A stretch of DNA of 64,000 nucleotides from an uncultured delta proteobacterium (GCA_963812015.1 CAWETI010000002.1:96001-160000), one strand, 5' to 3'. Shown: positions 50,345-60,496, numbered from the stretch's first letter. Notes: generated by a model from the sequence alone, not told the origin. Numbers and translations: made by a program.

Positions 50345-50959
50345 ATGAAAGTCTCCCTCGGTTTAAGGACTTCGGCGGTTCTGTTAGTCCTGACGCTAAC
50401 GGCCGCGCTATTCTTGCTGCCTGGCTGCCTCGATAATCTCTGCAAGCTCAGGCTCTATCTCTACCGCGATATCGAGCAAAAGAGTCTCCCCCCCACGGAC
50501 ATGGCCTTGCTGATTATTGATCCTGCCATAGTCGCCGCGGTCCTGCCCGAAGCTGCCGCAAAACTACCCTCCGGGCTGCCATGGGCCCCCGAACAACCGA
50601 ACTATGAGAAGGACTATTATCAGCTCTCCATCGACCAACTGGACAACCGGGCGGTTTATCAGGGCCGATGCCTGAATGTCACTCCCACTTACATTTGCGA
50701 GGTCCGGCCGGGAACCCGGCGGGTCATGGCCAGCTTGGGGCTTTTCGGACCCTCGGGCCAGCAGTCCCGCAAGGATAATGCCTCCTTAACCTTAGAACCA
50801 GGCGGGGTCTATTTCTTATATCCTGATTGGTCCGCGGCCGCGCAAAAAACGCTGCGCCTTAAAGCCGAGCGCTTACCGGTCCGTTATGATGCCGAATTAC
50901 GCTCTAAACTGATGGATTGGCTGCACCGCAATACTCAAGGACGTTCCCTGGAAGACTGA
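50345..50959 (+). CDS. hypothetical lipoprotein
   Basis: GGAGG RBS, hydrophobic leader ending LPGC. Confidence 0.65.
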   Translation: MKVSLGLRTSAVLLVLTLTAALFLLPGCLDNLCKLRLYLYRDIEQKSLPPTDMALLIIDPAIVAAVLPEAAAKLPSGLPWAPEQPNYEKDYYQLSIDQLDNRAVYQGRCLNVTPTYICEVRPGTRRVMASLGLFGPSGQQSRKDNASLTLEPGGVYFLYPDWSAAAQKTLRLKAERLPVRYDAELRSKLMDWLHRNTQGRSLED

Positions 50960-51049
50960 CCAGGCTGGCAGACTCTGAGAGCAGAAAGGGGATGAGAACG
51001 GCCCAGGTGAGGATCTTTCACCGGCGAACGGGGTTTCTTTATGGCCCCT

Positions 51050-51272
51050 AAGAAGGCCGCCACCATCGCCGGCTATGCCGTGGCCTGCGGCATCTGCACG
51101 GTGCTGGGAGTGACACCTGGGCAGCGCCACGGTCACCGACCTCCTGCTCATCGGCCTGGAGGCGCACCTGGGGGCCACCTTCGCAGTGGAGCCGGACCCG
51201 GCCAAAGCGGCGGACCTCATCATCAACCATGTGGAGGGCAAGCGCCGGTCCCTGGGCCTGGAGGCCCGCTGA
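51050..51272 (+). pseudogene. cooS: relic of the anaerobic CO dehydrogenase catalytic subunit (C-terminal ~70 aa, frameshifted)
   Basis: KAATIAGYAVACGICTVLGV, then after a frameshift LGSATVTDLLLIGLEAHLGATFAVEPDPAKAADLIINHVEGKRRSLGL*, matching the CooS C-terminus. Confidence 0.75.
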
Positions 51273-51373
51273 GTAAGAAGGTAAGCTCTAGAGTTGCGCC
51301 CCCGCAATCCGGTGGCCAGGCGCGATGGGAACGCCACGGGGAATACGTTACTCGATAGCTGGGGGAAATACTT

Positions 51374-51610
51374 ATGGCAAACGAAATCGACAAGCTGGGA
51401 CCAAAAGACTTCATCACGGGTTGCGTGGTAATTATTGTGGCCATAGTTGTGGTTCCCCTGCTGGTACTGATGTTTAAAATAAGTATCTACCTCGCCATAG
51501 CAGCAGGAGTAATTATTGCCATTATTTTAGGAATCGCACTGTTGGGCAAGGCAATAAGACTCATTTTTTTCGGAACCAAGTCAGAAGATCAGCGTAACAA
51601 CGACGCATAA
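51374..51610 (+). CDS. small two-TM membrane protein
   Basis: 78 aa with two hydrophobic stretches. Confidence 0.55.
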   Translation: MANEIDKLGPKDFITGCVVIIVAIVVVPLLVLMFKISIYLAIAAGVIIAIILGIALLGKAIRLIFFGTKSEDQRNNDA

Positions 51611-51809
51611 ATTCAAAACTGTTTGTGGGTGGCAGCCAGGGTGGACCCTTGGCGCCGGTCACGTGAGCGCTGCCAGGCTGTCAAAATTCGACCCCGGCTC
51701 GGCATGATCCCGGAACGTGCAGCCCTGGCGAGGCGACTGGACCGGCCGAGCCTCACCGCAAGCTGGCCGGGACTTCGGCAATGCCGGCGAGACAGAAGAG
51801 GAACCCCCA

Positions 51810-51941
51810 TAAGCTCTGTCAAAACCGGGTTTTTCCGTCAGCCGGAACGGCGTGAAGGATAGCAACTTATTAAAAATACTAGAATATTCGCTTCATTCAG
51901 CATGACACTTCCTCTGCAAAACCAGGTTTTGCAAGAGCTTA
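51810..51941. mobile_element. MITE-like element B, copy 2, with 24-bp terminal inverted repeats
   Basis: taagctctgtcaaaaccgggtttt ... aaaaccaggttttgcaagagctta (21/24 match) around a ccgtca...cagcatgac core. Confidence 0.6.
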
Positions 51942-52209
51942 TAGAGTCTTGCCAGCTGCACAACCGATGTTCTTAGTCATCCTGGCTAGAGTGCAGGTCC
52001 TCAATTTATTGGCCACGCGGGATGGGTCGCGCCCCTCAGCCCGACAGCCGGCGATACCGCAAGATTTTGAATAATCAGCAGAATCGAGGCAGATGGAGGC
52101 CTGGGTCGATGCTCCCGGCCGGCCGCGCCCCCGGAAAAGTCATTGACAAAAAGCAGTCAAAAAAGATAGTAATAACAAATTGGTCCCATTATATCTCAGG
52201 AGGAAAGGA

Positions 52210-52533
52210 ATGGCTGAACCTCTTCAGGTAAGTGACGCTGACTTCGAACAGGAAATCCTGAAGTCCGATATTCCGGCCTTGGTGGATTTTTGGGCGGCGT
52301 GGTGCGGCCCCTGCCGGGCCATCGCCCCGGTGGTGGAGGAACTGGCCCGGGATTATACGGGCAAGGTCAAAGTGGCCAAGATGAACGTGGATGAAAACGC
52401 CAAAACCCCGGCAAAGTATGGCATCCGGGCCATCCCGACCCTGATCATCTTCAAAGGGGGCCAGGTGGTGGAGCAGATCACCGGCGCCGTATCCCGTTCC
52501 ATCATTGAGAACGCCCTGAAGAAAGCCCTCTAG
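52210..52533 (+). CDS. trxA: thioredoxin
   Basis: VDFWAAWCGPC and IPTL. Confidence 0.95.
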   Translation: MAEPLQVSDADFEQEILKSDIPALVDFWAAWCGPCRAIAPVVEELARDYTGKVKVAKMNVDENAKTPAKYGIRAIPTLIIFKGGQVVEQITGAVSRSIIENALKKAL

Positions 52534-52547
52534 TCCACCGGTCCAGC

Positions 52548-53489
52548 ATGCCATCGTGGGATTATGACCTGATCATCATTGGCGGTGGCCCTGCCGGCCT
52601 CACCGCCGGTATCTATGCCGGCCGGGCGCGTCTGAAAACCCTGCTCCTGGAAAAACTCATCCACGGCGGGCAGATGATGACCACCGATCTGGTGGAGAAC
52701 TACCCGGGCTTCCCCGAGGGGATTACCGGGTTCGAGCTCAGCGACCGGATGCGGCAACAGGCCGAACGCTTCGGCATGGAGATCCGCAGCCAGGAGGTCT
52801 TGGAGCTGAAACCCGGGAAACCGACCCAAACGGTGGTCCTGGAGGATAGCCGGCTCACCGCGGGCGCCGTCATCATCGCCACGGGGGCCCGTTATCGGCG
52901 CCTGGGAGTTCCGGGAGAAGACAAACTGGTCGGCAGGGGGGTAAGTTTCTGCGCCACCTGCGACGGCGCCTTTTTTAAAGATGAGGAAATCGCCATGGTG
53001 GGCGGCGGTGACAACGCCCTCACCGAGACCATTTTCCTGGAGCGCTTTGCCAAGAAAATTCACATAATCCACCGGCGGAATCAATTCCGGGCTGCCAAAT
53101 ACCTCCAGGAAAGGGTCTTCCAACTGGAAAAGCTGGGCAAGGTGGAGATTCATTGGGACAGCGAAGTGGTGGAGTTCCAGGGCCGGGACAACCTGGAAGC
53201 TGCCGAGATTAAGAATGTGAAAACCCTCAAAGACGCCAAGCTCCCGCTGACCGGGGCCTTCATCGCCATCGGCATGCTGCCCAACAGCGGCTGGCTCAAT
53301 GATCTTCTGCCCCTAGACGAATGGGGGTTCATTTTTACCGACGCCATCATGGCCACTGAGTTCCCGGGCATCTTTGCCGCGGGGGACGTGCGCTCCAAAC
53401 TCTGGCGGCAGATCAGCACTGCTGTGGGAGATGGGTCGGTGGCGGCCATCGCCGCCGAAAACTATCTGGAAGAGCTGAAGCGAGGGTAA
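52548..53489 (+). CDS. trxB: thioredoxin reductase
   Basis: GGGPAG, VENYPG, GVSFCATCDG, GGGDNA and FAAGDV. Confidence 0.95.
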   Translation: MPSWDYDLIIIGGGPAGLTAGIYAGRARLKTLLLEKLIHGGQMMTTDLVENYPGFPEGITGFELSDRMRQQAERFGMEIRSQEVLELKPGKPTQTVVLEDSRLTAGAVIIATGARYRRLGVPGEDKLVGRGVSFCATCDGAFFKDEEIAMVGGGDNALTETIFLERFAKKIHIIHRRNQFRAAKYLQERVFQLEKLGKVEIHWDSEVVEFQGRDNLEAAEIKNVKTLKDAKLPLTGAFIAIGMLPNSGWLNDLLPLDEWGFIFTDAIMATEFPGIFAAGDVRSKLWRQISTAVGDGSVAAIAAENYLEELKRG

Positions 53490-53492
53490 CCT

Positions 53493-54224
53493 ATGCCGAA
53501 AAAAGCTGTCATCCGAGGTCTCCTGGCACTGGTTCTGGTGTTCGCCTTTAGCGGTTGCAGCACCGTCAAGGGCTGGTTCGGCAAAAAAGATACAACCGAT
53601 AAGCCCCCGGATGTGTTGGCGGAGGAAGGCATCAAGGATTTGAAGAAGGAGAAATATGTCGATGCCATCGAGACCTTCGAAAAAATCCGGGACCGCTACC
53701 CTTACAGTGAGCAGGCTCTTCTGGCCCAGCTCAAGGTAGCCGACGCCTATTTTTATAAAAAGAAGTACGATGAAGCCTTCAACGCCTACCGGGAATTCGA
53801 AAAACTTCATCCCACCAACAAGGCCGTACCTTACTGTATCTATCGGGAAGGCCTGTCGTGCTATCGCCAGCGCACCACCATTGACCGGGATCAGACCTAT
53901 ACCCAGAAGGCCATAGATGAATTTAAGCGCCTTAAGCAGAAATTTCCGGACAGCGAATACATCCCCAAGGCGGAACAATATCTGTCCCGTTGTCGCATGG
54001 ATCTGGTGGAACACGAATTCTATGTGGCCGAGTTTTACTATAAGACCAAGCGCTACCAGGCCGCCCTTGACCGCTATCAAGCCATTACGCAGGATTATCC
54101 CGATTTCGCCAAGAATGCCGAAGCCAAGGAGCGCATCGGGGAGTGCCAGGAACTCCTGGCCGCCAAGGACAAGCCCAAAGGTATCCTCTCCAAAGTTACC
54201 AGCATTTTCGACGCCAAGTGGTAA
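53493..54224 (+). CDS. bamD: outer-membrane assembly lipoprotein BamD
   Basis: Lipobox FSGC, TPR helices, YPYS, DRDQ and HEFYVA.FY. Confidence 0.9.
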   Translation: MPKKAVIRGLLALVLVFAFSGCSTVKGWFGKKDTTDKPPDVLAEEGIKDLKKEKYVDAIETFEKIRDRYPYSEQALLAQLKVADAYFYKKKYDEAFNAYREFEKLHPTNKAVPYCIYREGLSCYRQRTTIDRDQTYTQKAIDEFKRLKQKFPDSEYIPKAEQYLSRCRMDLVEHEFYVAEFYYKTKRYQAALDRYQAITQDYPDFAKNAEAKERIGECQELLAAKDKPKGILSKVTSIFDAKW

Positions 54225-54329
54225 CGGCTGCCCAGGGGGCCGGAGCAGTTCCGGCCCTGCCGGCCCGTCCCCGCCTCACCCCTCGTCTCATCCCGGTCGA
54301 GCCGCGCCACCTCCCCTCGCCTCCCGGAA

Positions 54330-54711
54330 AGGATTCTTCCGCCTCTCCCCGGAGGATCAGGTCCACCTCGGGAACCTCCCGGAGCAGCAGGCGATCAAAG
54401 AGGGTGGCATGGAGGCCGCCCAAAACCGTCGTCAGGCTTGGACGCGCCTGTTTCACTAGCCTGAGAAGTTTGAGGCCCCGGTTAATATTGGCGCTCATCA
54501 CTGATATCCCAAAAATATCCGGTTCAAGGGCGAGGACCCGGGCCGCGGCCTCCTGGGCGTACCGTCCTTCCACGCAGGCATCCACGATCTTGATCTCCAC
54601 CCCGAGCTTTTCCCTGGCGGCCATGGCGATATAAAAGAGACCGAGGGGCGGAGGCGTTCCTGGTCCCAGCACCTCCACCTCCAACGGGGGAGAGGCTAAC
54701 ACGATTTTCAT
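54330..54711 (-). pseudogene. truncated B12-binding radical SAM paralog (B12 domain only)
   Basis: PPLGLFYIA...GGLHATLFDRLLLREVPEVDLILRGEAEESF, very similar to 23179..24645, then drifts into non-homologous sequence overlapping the bamD end. No CxxxCxxC. Confidence 0.7.
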
Positions 54712-54986
54712 GCACCCCACCTTTGCCGCCATGCTTCGTCCCTAGTAACCCGGGATAATCCGGCAACCGCCGCGGCCCGTATCGGGGGAAGGGGGTGGTT
54801 TAACAGGGGGGAATCTAGGCGATCAGGCTTTTGGCCTCGAGGAGAGGCCGGGGGCCCATCAGGTGGCGGGTGAACCAGCCCGCATAATCCTCCGCCCCCA
54901 GGGTCGAGGTCTGGCGTTGCGATCCAAGAGAGAGGTTTTGTGGCCGCAGACTTCAGCCTGGGCCGCTTGTTTGCCGGGGACTTATG

Positions 54987-55748
54987 TTAACCCCACTTCA
55001 GGGCCTTAAGATCATTCAGATTGCGGTAATCGGTGAGGTCGTGGTGGAGGGGGGTGACGGAGACATAGCCCTGGGCCAGGGCCCCGTAGTCCGTGTCCGG
55101 GTCCAGGGCCGGGCGGGCGTTGATTTCCGCCAGCCAGTAATAGACATGCCGTCGGGGGTCCACCCGGTGCTCGAAGTGCTCCACCAAGGGCCCGGTGTCC
55201 TGGCGGGTGACCCTGACCCCCTGTACCTCTCCCCGGGGCAGGTCCGGCAGGTTGATATTGAGGCAGACCCCGTTGGTCCAGGCGGCCCAGCCTCTGAGCT
55301 GTTCCAGCAGTTCCCGGGCCAGGCGGGCGGCGGCGGCGAAGTCGGCGTTTTTGTCATAGGAGTTCAGGGAAAAGGCCACCCCCTTTACTCCCAGGATGGC
55401 GGCCTCGGTGGCCGCCGAGACGGTCCCGGAGTAGAGCACGTTGATGCCCACGTTGGGTCCCAGGTTGATGCCCGAGACCACCAACTCCGGCGGGTTGGGA
55501 AGCAGCTCCGCCAGGGCGATCTTGACGCAGTCGGCGGGGGTACCGCTCACCGCCCAGCCTTCCACACCGCCATTGATGGACACCTCTTTCACCCTTAGCG
55601 GGGTGATCAGGCTGATGGCATGTCCCACCGCGCTCTGTTCGCTCTCCGGAGCCACCACCGTCACGTCCCCCAGGCGCTTCAATTCCCGGTAGATGGCCGC
55701 CAGCCCCGGGGCGTAAATGCCGTCATCATTGGTCAGCAGTATGGTCAA
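54987..55748 (-). CDS. surE: 5'/3'-nucleotidase SurE
   Basis: ILLTNDDG, VVAP..EQS, GTPADC, VSGIN.G.N and YSGTVSAA.E. Confidence 0.95.
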   Translation of the reverse strand: MTILLTNDDGIYAPGLAAIYRELKRLGDVTVVAPESEQSAVGHAISLITPLRVKEVSINGGVEGWAVSGTPADCVKIALAELLPNPPELVVSGINLGPNVGINVLYSGTVSAATEAAILGVKGVAFSLNSYDKNADFAAAARLARELLEQLRGWAAWTNGVCLNINLPDLPRGEVQGVRVTRQDTGPLVEHFEHRVDPRRHVYYWLAEINARPALDPDTDYGALAQGYVSVTPLHHDLTDYRNLNDLKALKWG

Positions 55749-55762
55749 AGGATGCTCTCCCT

Positions 55763-55789
55763 AATGGCAGAAATGGCAGAAATGGCAGA
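55763..55789. repeat. 9-bp tandem repeat (AATGGCAGA)x3
   Basis: Three perfect copies just upstream of the surE RBS. Confidence 0.8.
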
Positions 55790-55840
55790 TCGTTTGCAAA
55801 GAAACATTTCCCATCGGTTGCAGGCGCCGGCTCACGATAA

Positions 55841-55866
55841 GGGCGGACACGCAAGTCTGCCCCAAC
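55841..55866 (-). repeat. REP-like palindrome related to element A
   Basis: Minus strand GTTGGGGCAGACTTGCGTGTCCGCCC, similar to GTAGGGGCGGACCCATGTGTCCGCCC at 27467. Confidence 0.5.
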
Positions 55867-55948
55867 GATTATTTCTTTGAAAGGAGCCCGAGACTTCTTG
55901 AAAATGATGGGCAAGATGAACGGTGGCAGGCGCCAGGGCCTGCCATAA

Positions 55949-57334
55949 TCACTCCTGCTTACCCTTGGCACTCTCACCCTTCTCCGGGGCTGCCCCGGTT
56001 TTCCCGGTAGACGCGGTCAGCCGGTGCATTTCTTCCTGCCACTGGCGGAATGGCGCTTGGGGTATCTGGGTCATCACGGTTTTATCCCCCACCCGGGTGA
56101 GGACCGTGAGACGGTCTTTCCCCGGGACCCCCAACTCCTCCAGGTGGAAGAGGGGTTTGCCGGCCTGGTCCATAAGTTCCAGGACAAAGGCCGGGGGACC
56201 TTTCGGGGCGCCACCCGGGGGCGGGATCTTATCTGCTTCCAGCTTCTGGAAATTCCATAAGGCCATCTCCAGCCGCAACGCGGGCTGCTGGGTGGCTGCC
56301 TGGTCCGGCCCGGTCATCTTCCAGGTATTCTGGTCTTTCCGAGCGGTCCAGGCCTTGCCGGGAGGGCCCCAGACGACCTGGCGGACGGCGAGAATGTCCC
56401 CGGACCACAGGCGGCGGTCCGCCAAAGACGCCAGGGTTTGGTCGATCTCAGCGGGCAGGGCCGCATCCACCAGCGCCACGGGGCCTTCGGCCCCTCTCCG
56501 GGCGTACACCGCGTCGTCTTTTTTGGCCCCCAGGAAGAGGGTCTGGTCTCCGGCCGGCGTTATTACCGTAATTTCGATCTGGCGACCCGGGACCAGGCCC
56601 AGTGCCTCCAGATTGGGAGAGGGGGCTTCCAGAAAGTTTTTGGCCCGGGCAATATGGATGTCCCGCAGGAGTTTTTCCACCCGGTCGCCCCGTACCCGGA
56701 AGTCCGGGTGTCCCACCCAGCTCCAACCCTGGGGGCCGGTTTTCGCCAGGTCCACCGTAGTCTTGCCGCGCTTGATCTTGAGACCCTTGACTTCATCCGA
56801 GAGGAAGGCCAGCAGGGTCTTGTCCCGGAGGGCCAGGAGTTGGCGGTCCAGGGAATCCCCGCTCCCCGTCGTGATCATGAGCAGCTGGGGGTCCCGGTCC
56901 TTGAGGACGTAATAGCTCTGGCCTCCCGGGACCTTGGCGCCGATGGCCAACTGGTGCGGCTGCCCCTGGGCCGTGAATTTCACCAACAGGCCGGGCGAAT
57001 CCAGGCCAAAAGGCTTAAGATCCTTTTCCACGCCGATCTCCCGCTCCTTCCGGAGCCGGGCCAGGGTGGTCAGCATGGAGTCCACGGTAGTCTGGTCGGC
57101 CCTGGTGCTCAGGGGGGCGGCGAGGTACCATTCCTGATTCTTTTTGACCAGGCGCACCTCGTTTTTCCCCCGGACCAGGCTCAGGTCGCTGACGTCGCTT
57201 TCCTTGAGGTGAAAGACTTTTGTGGCCTGTTCTTCCCGGGCGACCTGCTTTTCCTGGCGCCACCGGAGACCGCCATAGGTTCCTACCAGGATGAGGAAAA
57301 TCAACACATAAGGGATCAGCCGCCGGGGAGTCAT
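55949..57334 (-). CDS. DUF4340 domain protein (Gld-type ABC accessory)
   Basis: N-terminal TM, L..FGL..P and LRDK motifs. Last gene of a gldA/F/G-like operon. Confidence 0.75.
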   Translation of the reverse strand: MTPRRLIPYVLIFLILVGTYGGLRWRQEKQVAREEQATKVFHLKESDVSDLSLVRGKNEVRLVKKNQEWYLAAPLSTRADQTTVDSMLTTLARLRKEREIGVEKDLKPFGLDSPGLLVKFTAQGQPHQLAIGAKVPGGQSYYVLKDRDPQLLMITTGSGDSLDRQLLALRDKTLLAFLSDEVKGLKIKRGKTTVDLAKTGPQGWSWVGHPDFRVRGDRVEKLLRDIHIARAKNFLEAPSPNLEALGLVPGRQIEITVITPAGDQTLFLGAKKDDAVYARRGAEGPVALVDAALPAEIDQTLASLADRRLWSGDILAVRQVVWGPPGKAWTARKDQNTWKMTGPDQAATQQPALRLEMALWNFQKLEADKIPPPGGAPKGPPAFVLELMDQAGKPLFHLEELGVPGKDRLTVLTRVGDKTVMTQIPQAPFRQWQEEMHRLTASTGKTGAAPEKGESAKGKQE

Positions 57335-58773
57335 CGCCGGGCCCTCCGGCGCCGGTAAGCCCAGATGCCGGCGATGAGCATCACCAGGGGGGCCCAAACC
57401 AGGCTACCTATAAACAACATCCAGGCCTGCCCGCCCTTAAGGGTCAAGATCTGGGCCTGGCCGGGGCTCCGCACCGTAATCTGCTCCATGGCCCGGGCCA
57501 GGAAGTTCGTGGTATTCAAAAACAGGTCCCCGTTCCCAAACAGGTTGAAAAAGCTGTTGGCCGCGAAGTCCGCATCCCCGAAGACCACCAGGTAGGTTTT
57601 GCTCTCGGCTTGGGGGGCTTTGGGCTGGTTACCGGCCTGACCCTGGTCCCCCTTCCGGGCCGGCTCGCCCTTGGGGGGCGTCAGTTTGATTTCAGCCTGG
57701 GCGGCCACGGTGAAGGGGCCCTTCTTATCGGTCTTGTCATCGAAGGAGGCTTTGTCGGCCTTGATCCACTCCTTCCCCAGCTTCTCGTAGCTGGTGGACA
57801 TGGTGGTGGCCAGGGCCTGCAGGGAGACCTCCGGCTGGTCCTTGGCCAAGATCAGGGGCCGGGCCATGGGAAAAATGGTGACGATGTTCTTGAAATTCTC
57901 GGTAATCTTGGAGGGACCGTAGTCGGAAACCAGGGGCATGACCGCGCTGAGGCGCATGGCCTGGCTCACCTGGTTGACGTCCAGGATGATGCCGTCGTCC
58001 AGGACCACGCCGTAGCCCGCCAGGAATCCTTGGAGGCCGGCATTCTCAAAGGCCTCCAGCATCACCAGGAGACGCCCGCCCTTTTCCAGGTAGGCCTTCA
58101 GGCTCTGCACCTCGGTGGACAGTAGCGGCTTTTTGGGGGCAGCCAGGATAACCACCGCAGCATCCTGGGGGACCGCCCCCTGGCTCACCAGGTTGAGGGG
58201 CTCGATTTCGTAGCCTTCGTTGTCCAGGGCTCGTTTGGCCACCTGGAACCCCCCGGGCTTGGGGTCATTCAGGTCCCGCTCGCCGTGGCCGCCGAGAAAA
58301 TAGACCTTCTGGCGTTCCACCTTCAGGACCTTGCGCAGGGCATTGGTGATGGCGTTCTCGTCGGCCTGATCGGCCATCTGGTGCCGCCCCTGGTAGTCCA
58401 GCAGCACGTTGCCGGGAAAGCGGTACCCCGCCTGTTGGGCCTTAAGAGGTTCCCGCTCGGGGTCCACGAAGCGGTAGCTGACCTCCGGGTGGCGATAGAC
58501 GTAGAGCTGCAAGACCTCTTGGGCGGAATGGCGCTCCCCGGCGCCCTCGGGCAGAAATACCGTCATGGTGAGAGGCTTGGTGACCTCTTTCAGCAGGGCC
58601 TTGCTGGCCGGCGACAACGACTGGGTCTGTCCCCGGGTGGTGTCCCAGCGCATCGGGCGCCAGGTCACCAGCAAGGACGCCAGCAAGAGGATCCCTACCA
58701 CCAGCAGCACCGACAGCACGGAGCCGGCGCCATAAAGCACGTTGCGTCTTTGGAATCGATCTCGCCAACTCAC
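57331..58773 (-). CDS. GldG-family ABC auxiliary protein
   Basis: RWDTT...SLS, FVDP..P, VYFL.GHGE, VVFGDADF and GN.DLF.N. C-terminal TM. Confidence 0.85.
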   Translation of the reverse strand: MSWRDRFQRRNVLYGAGSVLSVLLVVGILLLASLLVTWRPMRWDTTRGQTQSLSPASKALLKEVTKPLTMTVFLPEGAGERHSAQEVLQLYVYRHPEVSYRFVDPEREPLKAQQAGYRFPGNVLLDYQGRHQMADQADENAITNALRKVLKVERQKVYFLGGHGERDLNDPKPGGFQVAKRALDNEGYEIEPLNLVSQGAVPQDAAVVILAAPKKPLLSTEVQSLKAYLEKGGRLLVMLEAFENAGLQGFLAGYGVVLDDGIILDVNQVSQAMRLSAVMPLVSDYGPSKITENFKNIVTIFPMARPLILAKDQPEVSLQALATTMSTSYEKLGKEWIKADKASFDDKTDKKGPFTVAAQAEIKLTPPKGEPARKGDQGQAGNQPKAPQAESKTYLVVFGDADFAANSFFNLFGNGDLFLNTTNFLARAMEQITVRSPGQAQILTLKGGQAWMLFIGSLVWAPLVMLIAGIWAYRRRRARR

Positions 58774-58775
58774 GG

Positions 58776-59564
58776 TTAAGCTCTCCAGCGCCGGGATTCC
58801 AACTGTCTCTTGGTGAGAAAGAGGAAGAAATAGATGAAACCCAGACAGTACACCAGGTCACGGGTATCAATTACCCCTTTGGTGAAGTTTTCGAAGTGGT
58901 CCAACAGGGACAGAGACTGGAGTATCCGGCCCAGGTCGCCGGTTCCCAGTTCCTGGACCCAGCCGATGATCCAGAAAAAGAGCAGCAAAGCAAAGGCCAC
59001 CACCCCGGCCACGATCTGATTTTCAGTGAGGCTGGAGGCGAAGAGCCCCAGGGAGAGGCAGGCGGCCCCCAACAGGACCAGACCCAGGTAGCCGGTCCCC
59101 AGGGCCCCCCAATCCAGCCGGGTGACGAGGCCCAAGACCAGGGGGTAGCTCACCGTAAAGCCCAGCAAGATGAGATAGACCAGCAAGGCGGCGCCAAACT
59201 TTCCCGAGATCACCGCCCAGTCGGTCAACGGGTAGGTGAACAACAGCTCCGCAGTCCCGGAACGCTTCTCTTCGGCCAACAGGCGCATGGTAATAAACGG
59301 CACCAGAAACAGCAGGACGAGGCCCAGAACCGCAAACAGGGGCCGAAAGACCATCTGCAGGGGATTGAGCTGGGCGGCCACCTGGGGGTTCCCGGCTTGC
59401 TGGGCCGCCTGGAGGCTGATAATGCTGTAATAGATGGCATTGGTGTAGAAGAAATATCCCGCCAGGAGCAGGAAGAAAAACCCCGTGATATAAAAAATGG
59501 GGGTGCCGAAGTAGATGGTCAATTCTTTCCGCACCACCGCCAGCCAACCTCTGATCTGTATCAT
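58776..59564 (-). CDS. ABC-2 permease (GldF-like)
   Basis: KEL..YF.TP, P.ITMRL.AEEKRSGT.ELL.T.P and SSLTENQIVA. Confidence 0.85.
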   Translation of the reverse strand: MIQIRGWLAVVRKELTIYFGTPIFYITGFFFLLLAGYFFYTNAIYYSIISLQAAQQAGNPQVAAQLNPLQMVFRPLFAVLGLVLLFLVPFITMRLLAEEKRSGTAELLFTYPLTDWAVISGKFGAALLVYLILLGFTVSYPLVLGLVTRLDWGALGTGYLGLVLLGAACLSLGLFASSLTENQIVAGVVAFALLLFFWIIGWVQELGTGDLGRILQSLSLLDHFENFTKGVIDTRDLVYCLGFIYFFLFLTKRQLESRRWRA

Positions 59565-60496
59565 GACTCTTCTTCCGTTACCAGATTGAGGAACACTTCT
59601 TCCAGGGTGAATTCCTGGGCCTTCAATTCCAGGAGCTGCCACCCCCGCTCCACCACTAGCCGGGCCAGCTCCGAGCGCAGTTCCTTGCCGCTGTCGGCCT
59701 CCACCAGGTATTTCTCCTCCCCCCGGCTGAGGACCTGGTTCACCCCGGCGACGGCCTGCAAGGCGGCTGCCACCTGATCAACCGGTCCGGACACCGTCAT
59801 CAGCACCCGGGACCCATGGCCGAGCTGCCGGGAGAGGTTTTCCGGGGTGTCGCTGGCCACAATCTGGCCCCGGTTGATGATGATCACCCGGTGGCACAAC
59901 TGGCTCACCTCCGGCAGGATGTGGCTGCTCAGGATCACTGTGTGGGCCCCCTCCAGGTTCTTGATCAACTCGCGGATTTCCACGATCTGGGAGGGGTCCA
60001 GCCCGATGGTGGGCTCATCCAGGATGAGCAGCGGCGGCTGGTTCAGCAGGGCCTGGGACAAACCCAGCCGCTGCCGGTAACCCTTGGACAGGGCCGACAC
60101 CATTTTGCCCCGGACCTCTTCTAGGCCGCAGGCCGCCGCCACCCGGTCAACCTCGCCTTTTTCGGCTTTGGACTCCACACCCTTGGCCCGGGCGGCGAAC
60201 CGCAGGAACTGGGTTACGGTGAGGTCCGGGTAAATGGCCACGTTCTCCGGCACGTATCCCAGGGAGCGCCGCACCGGCAGGGAGTCGGTGACGCAGTCGT
60301 AGCCGTTGATCCGGGCCGTGCCCGCCGACGGCGCCAGATACCCCGCCAGGATCTTTAAGGTGGTGGTCTTCCCGGCGCCGTTGGGACCCAGGAAGCCCAC
60401 GATCTCCCCGGCCGCCACCTGGAAATCCAGGCGGCTGACGGCCAGGTTGGGACCATAATACTTGGTCAAGTCCTTCACTTCGATCATTATTTCCAT
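59561..60496 (-). CDS. ABC transporter ATP-binding protein (GldA-like)
   Basis: GPNGAGKT, LSKGYRQR, ILDEPT and SSHIL. Confidence 0.9.
   Translation of the reverse strand: MEIMIEVKDLTKYYGPNLAVSRLDFQVAAGEIVGFLGPNGAGKTTTLKILAGYLAPSAGTARINGYDCVTDSLPVRRSLGYVPENVAIYPDLTVTQFLRFAARAKGVESKAEKGEVDRVAAACGLEEVRGKMVSALSKGYRQRLGLSQALLNQPPLLILDEPTIGLDPSQIVEIRELIKNLEGAHTVILSSHILPEVSQLCHRVIIINRGQIVASDTPENLSRQLGHGSRVLMTVSGPVDQVAAALQAVAGVNQVLSRGEEKYLVEADSGKELRSELARLVVERGWQLLELKAQEFTLEEVFLNLVTEEES

Noticed and set aside
55949..60496. Gliding-motility locus (gldA/F/G-like)
   Set aside because: This ABC + GldG + DUF4340 operon is common in non-gliding bacteria, and no other motility genes are present.
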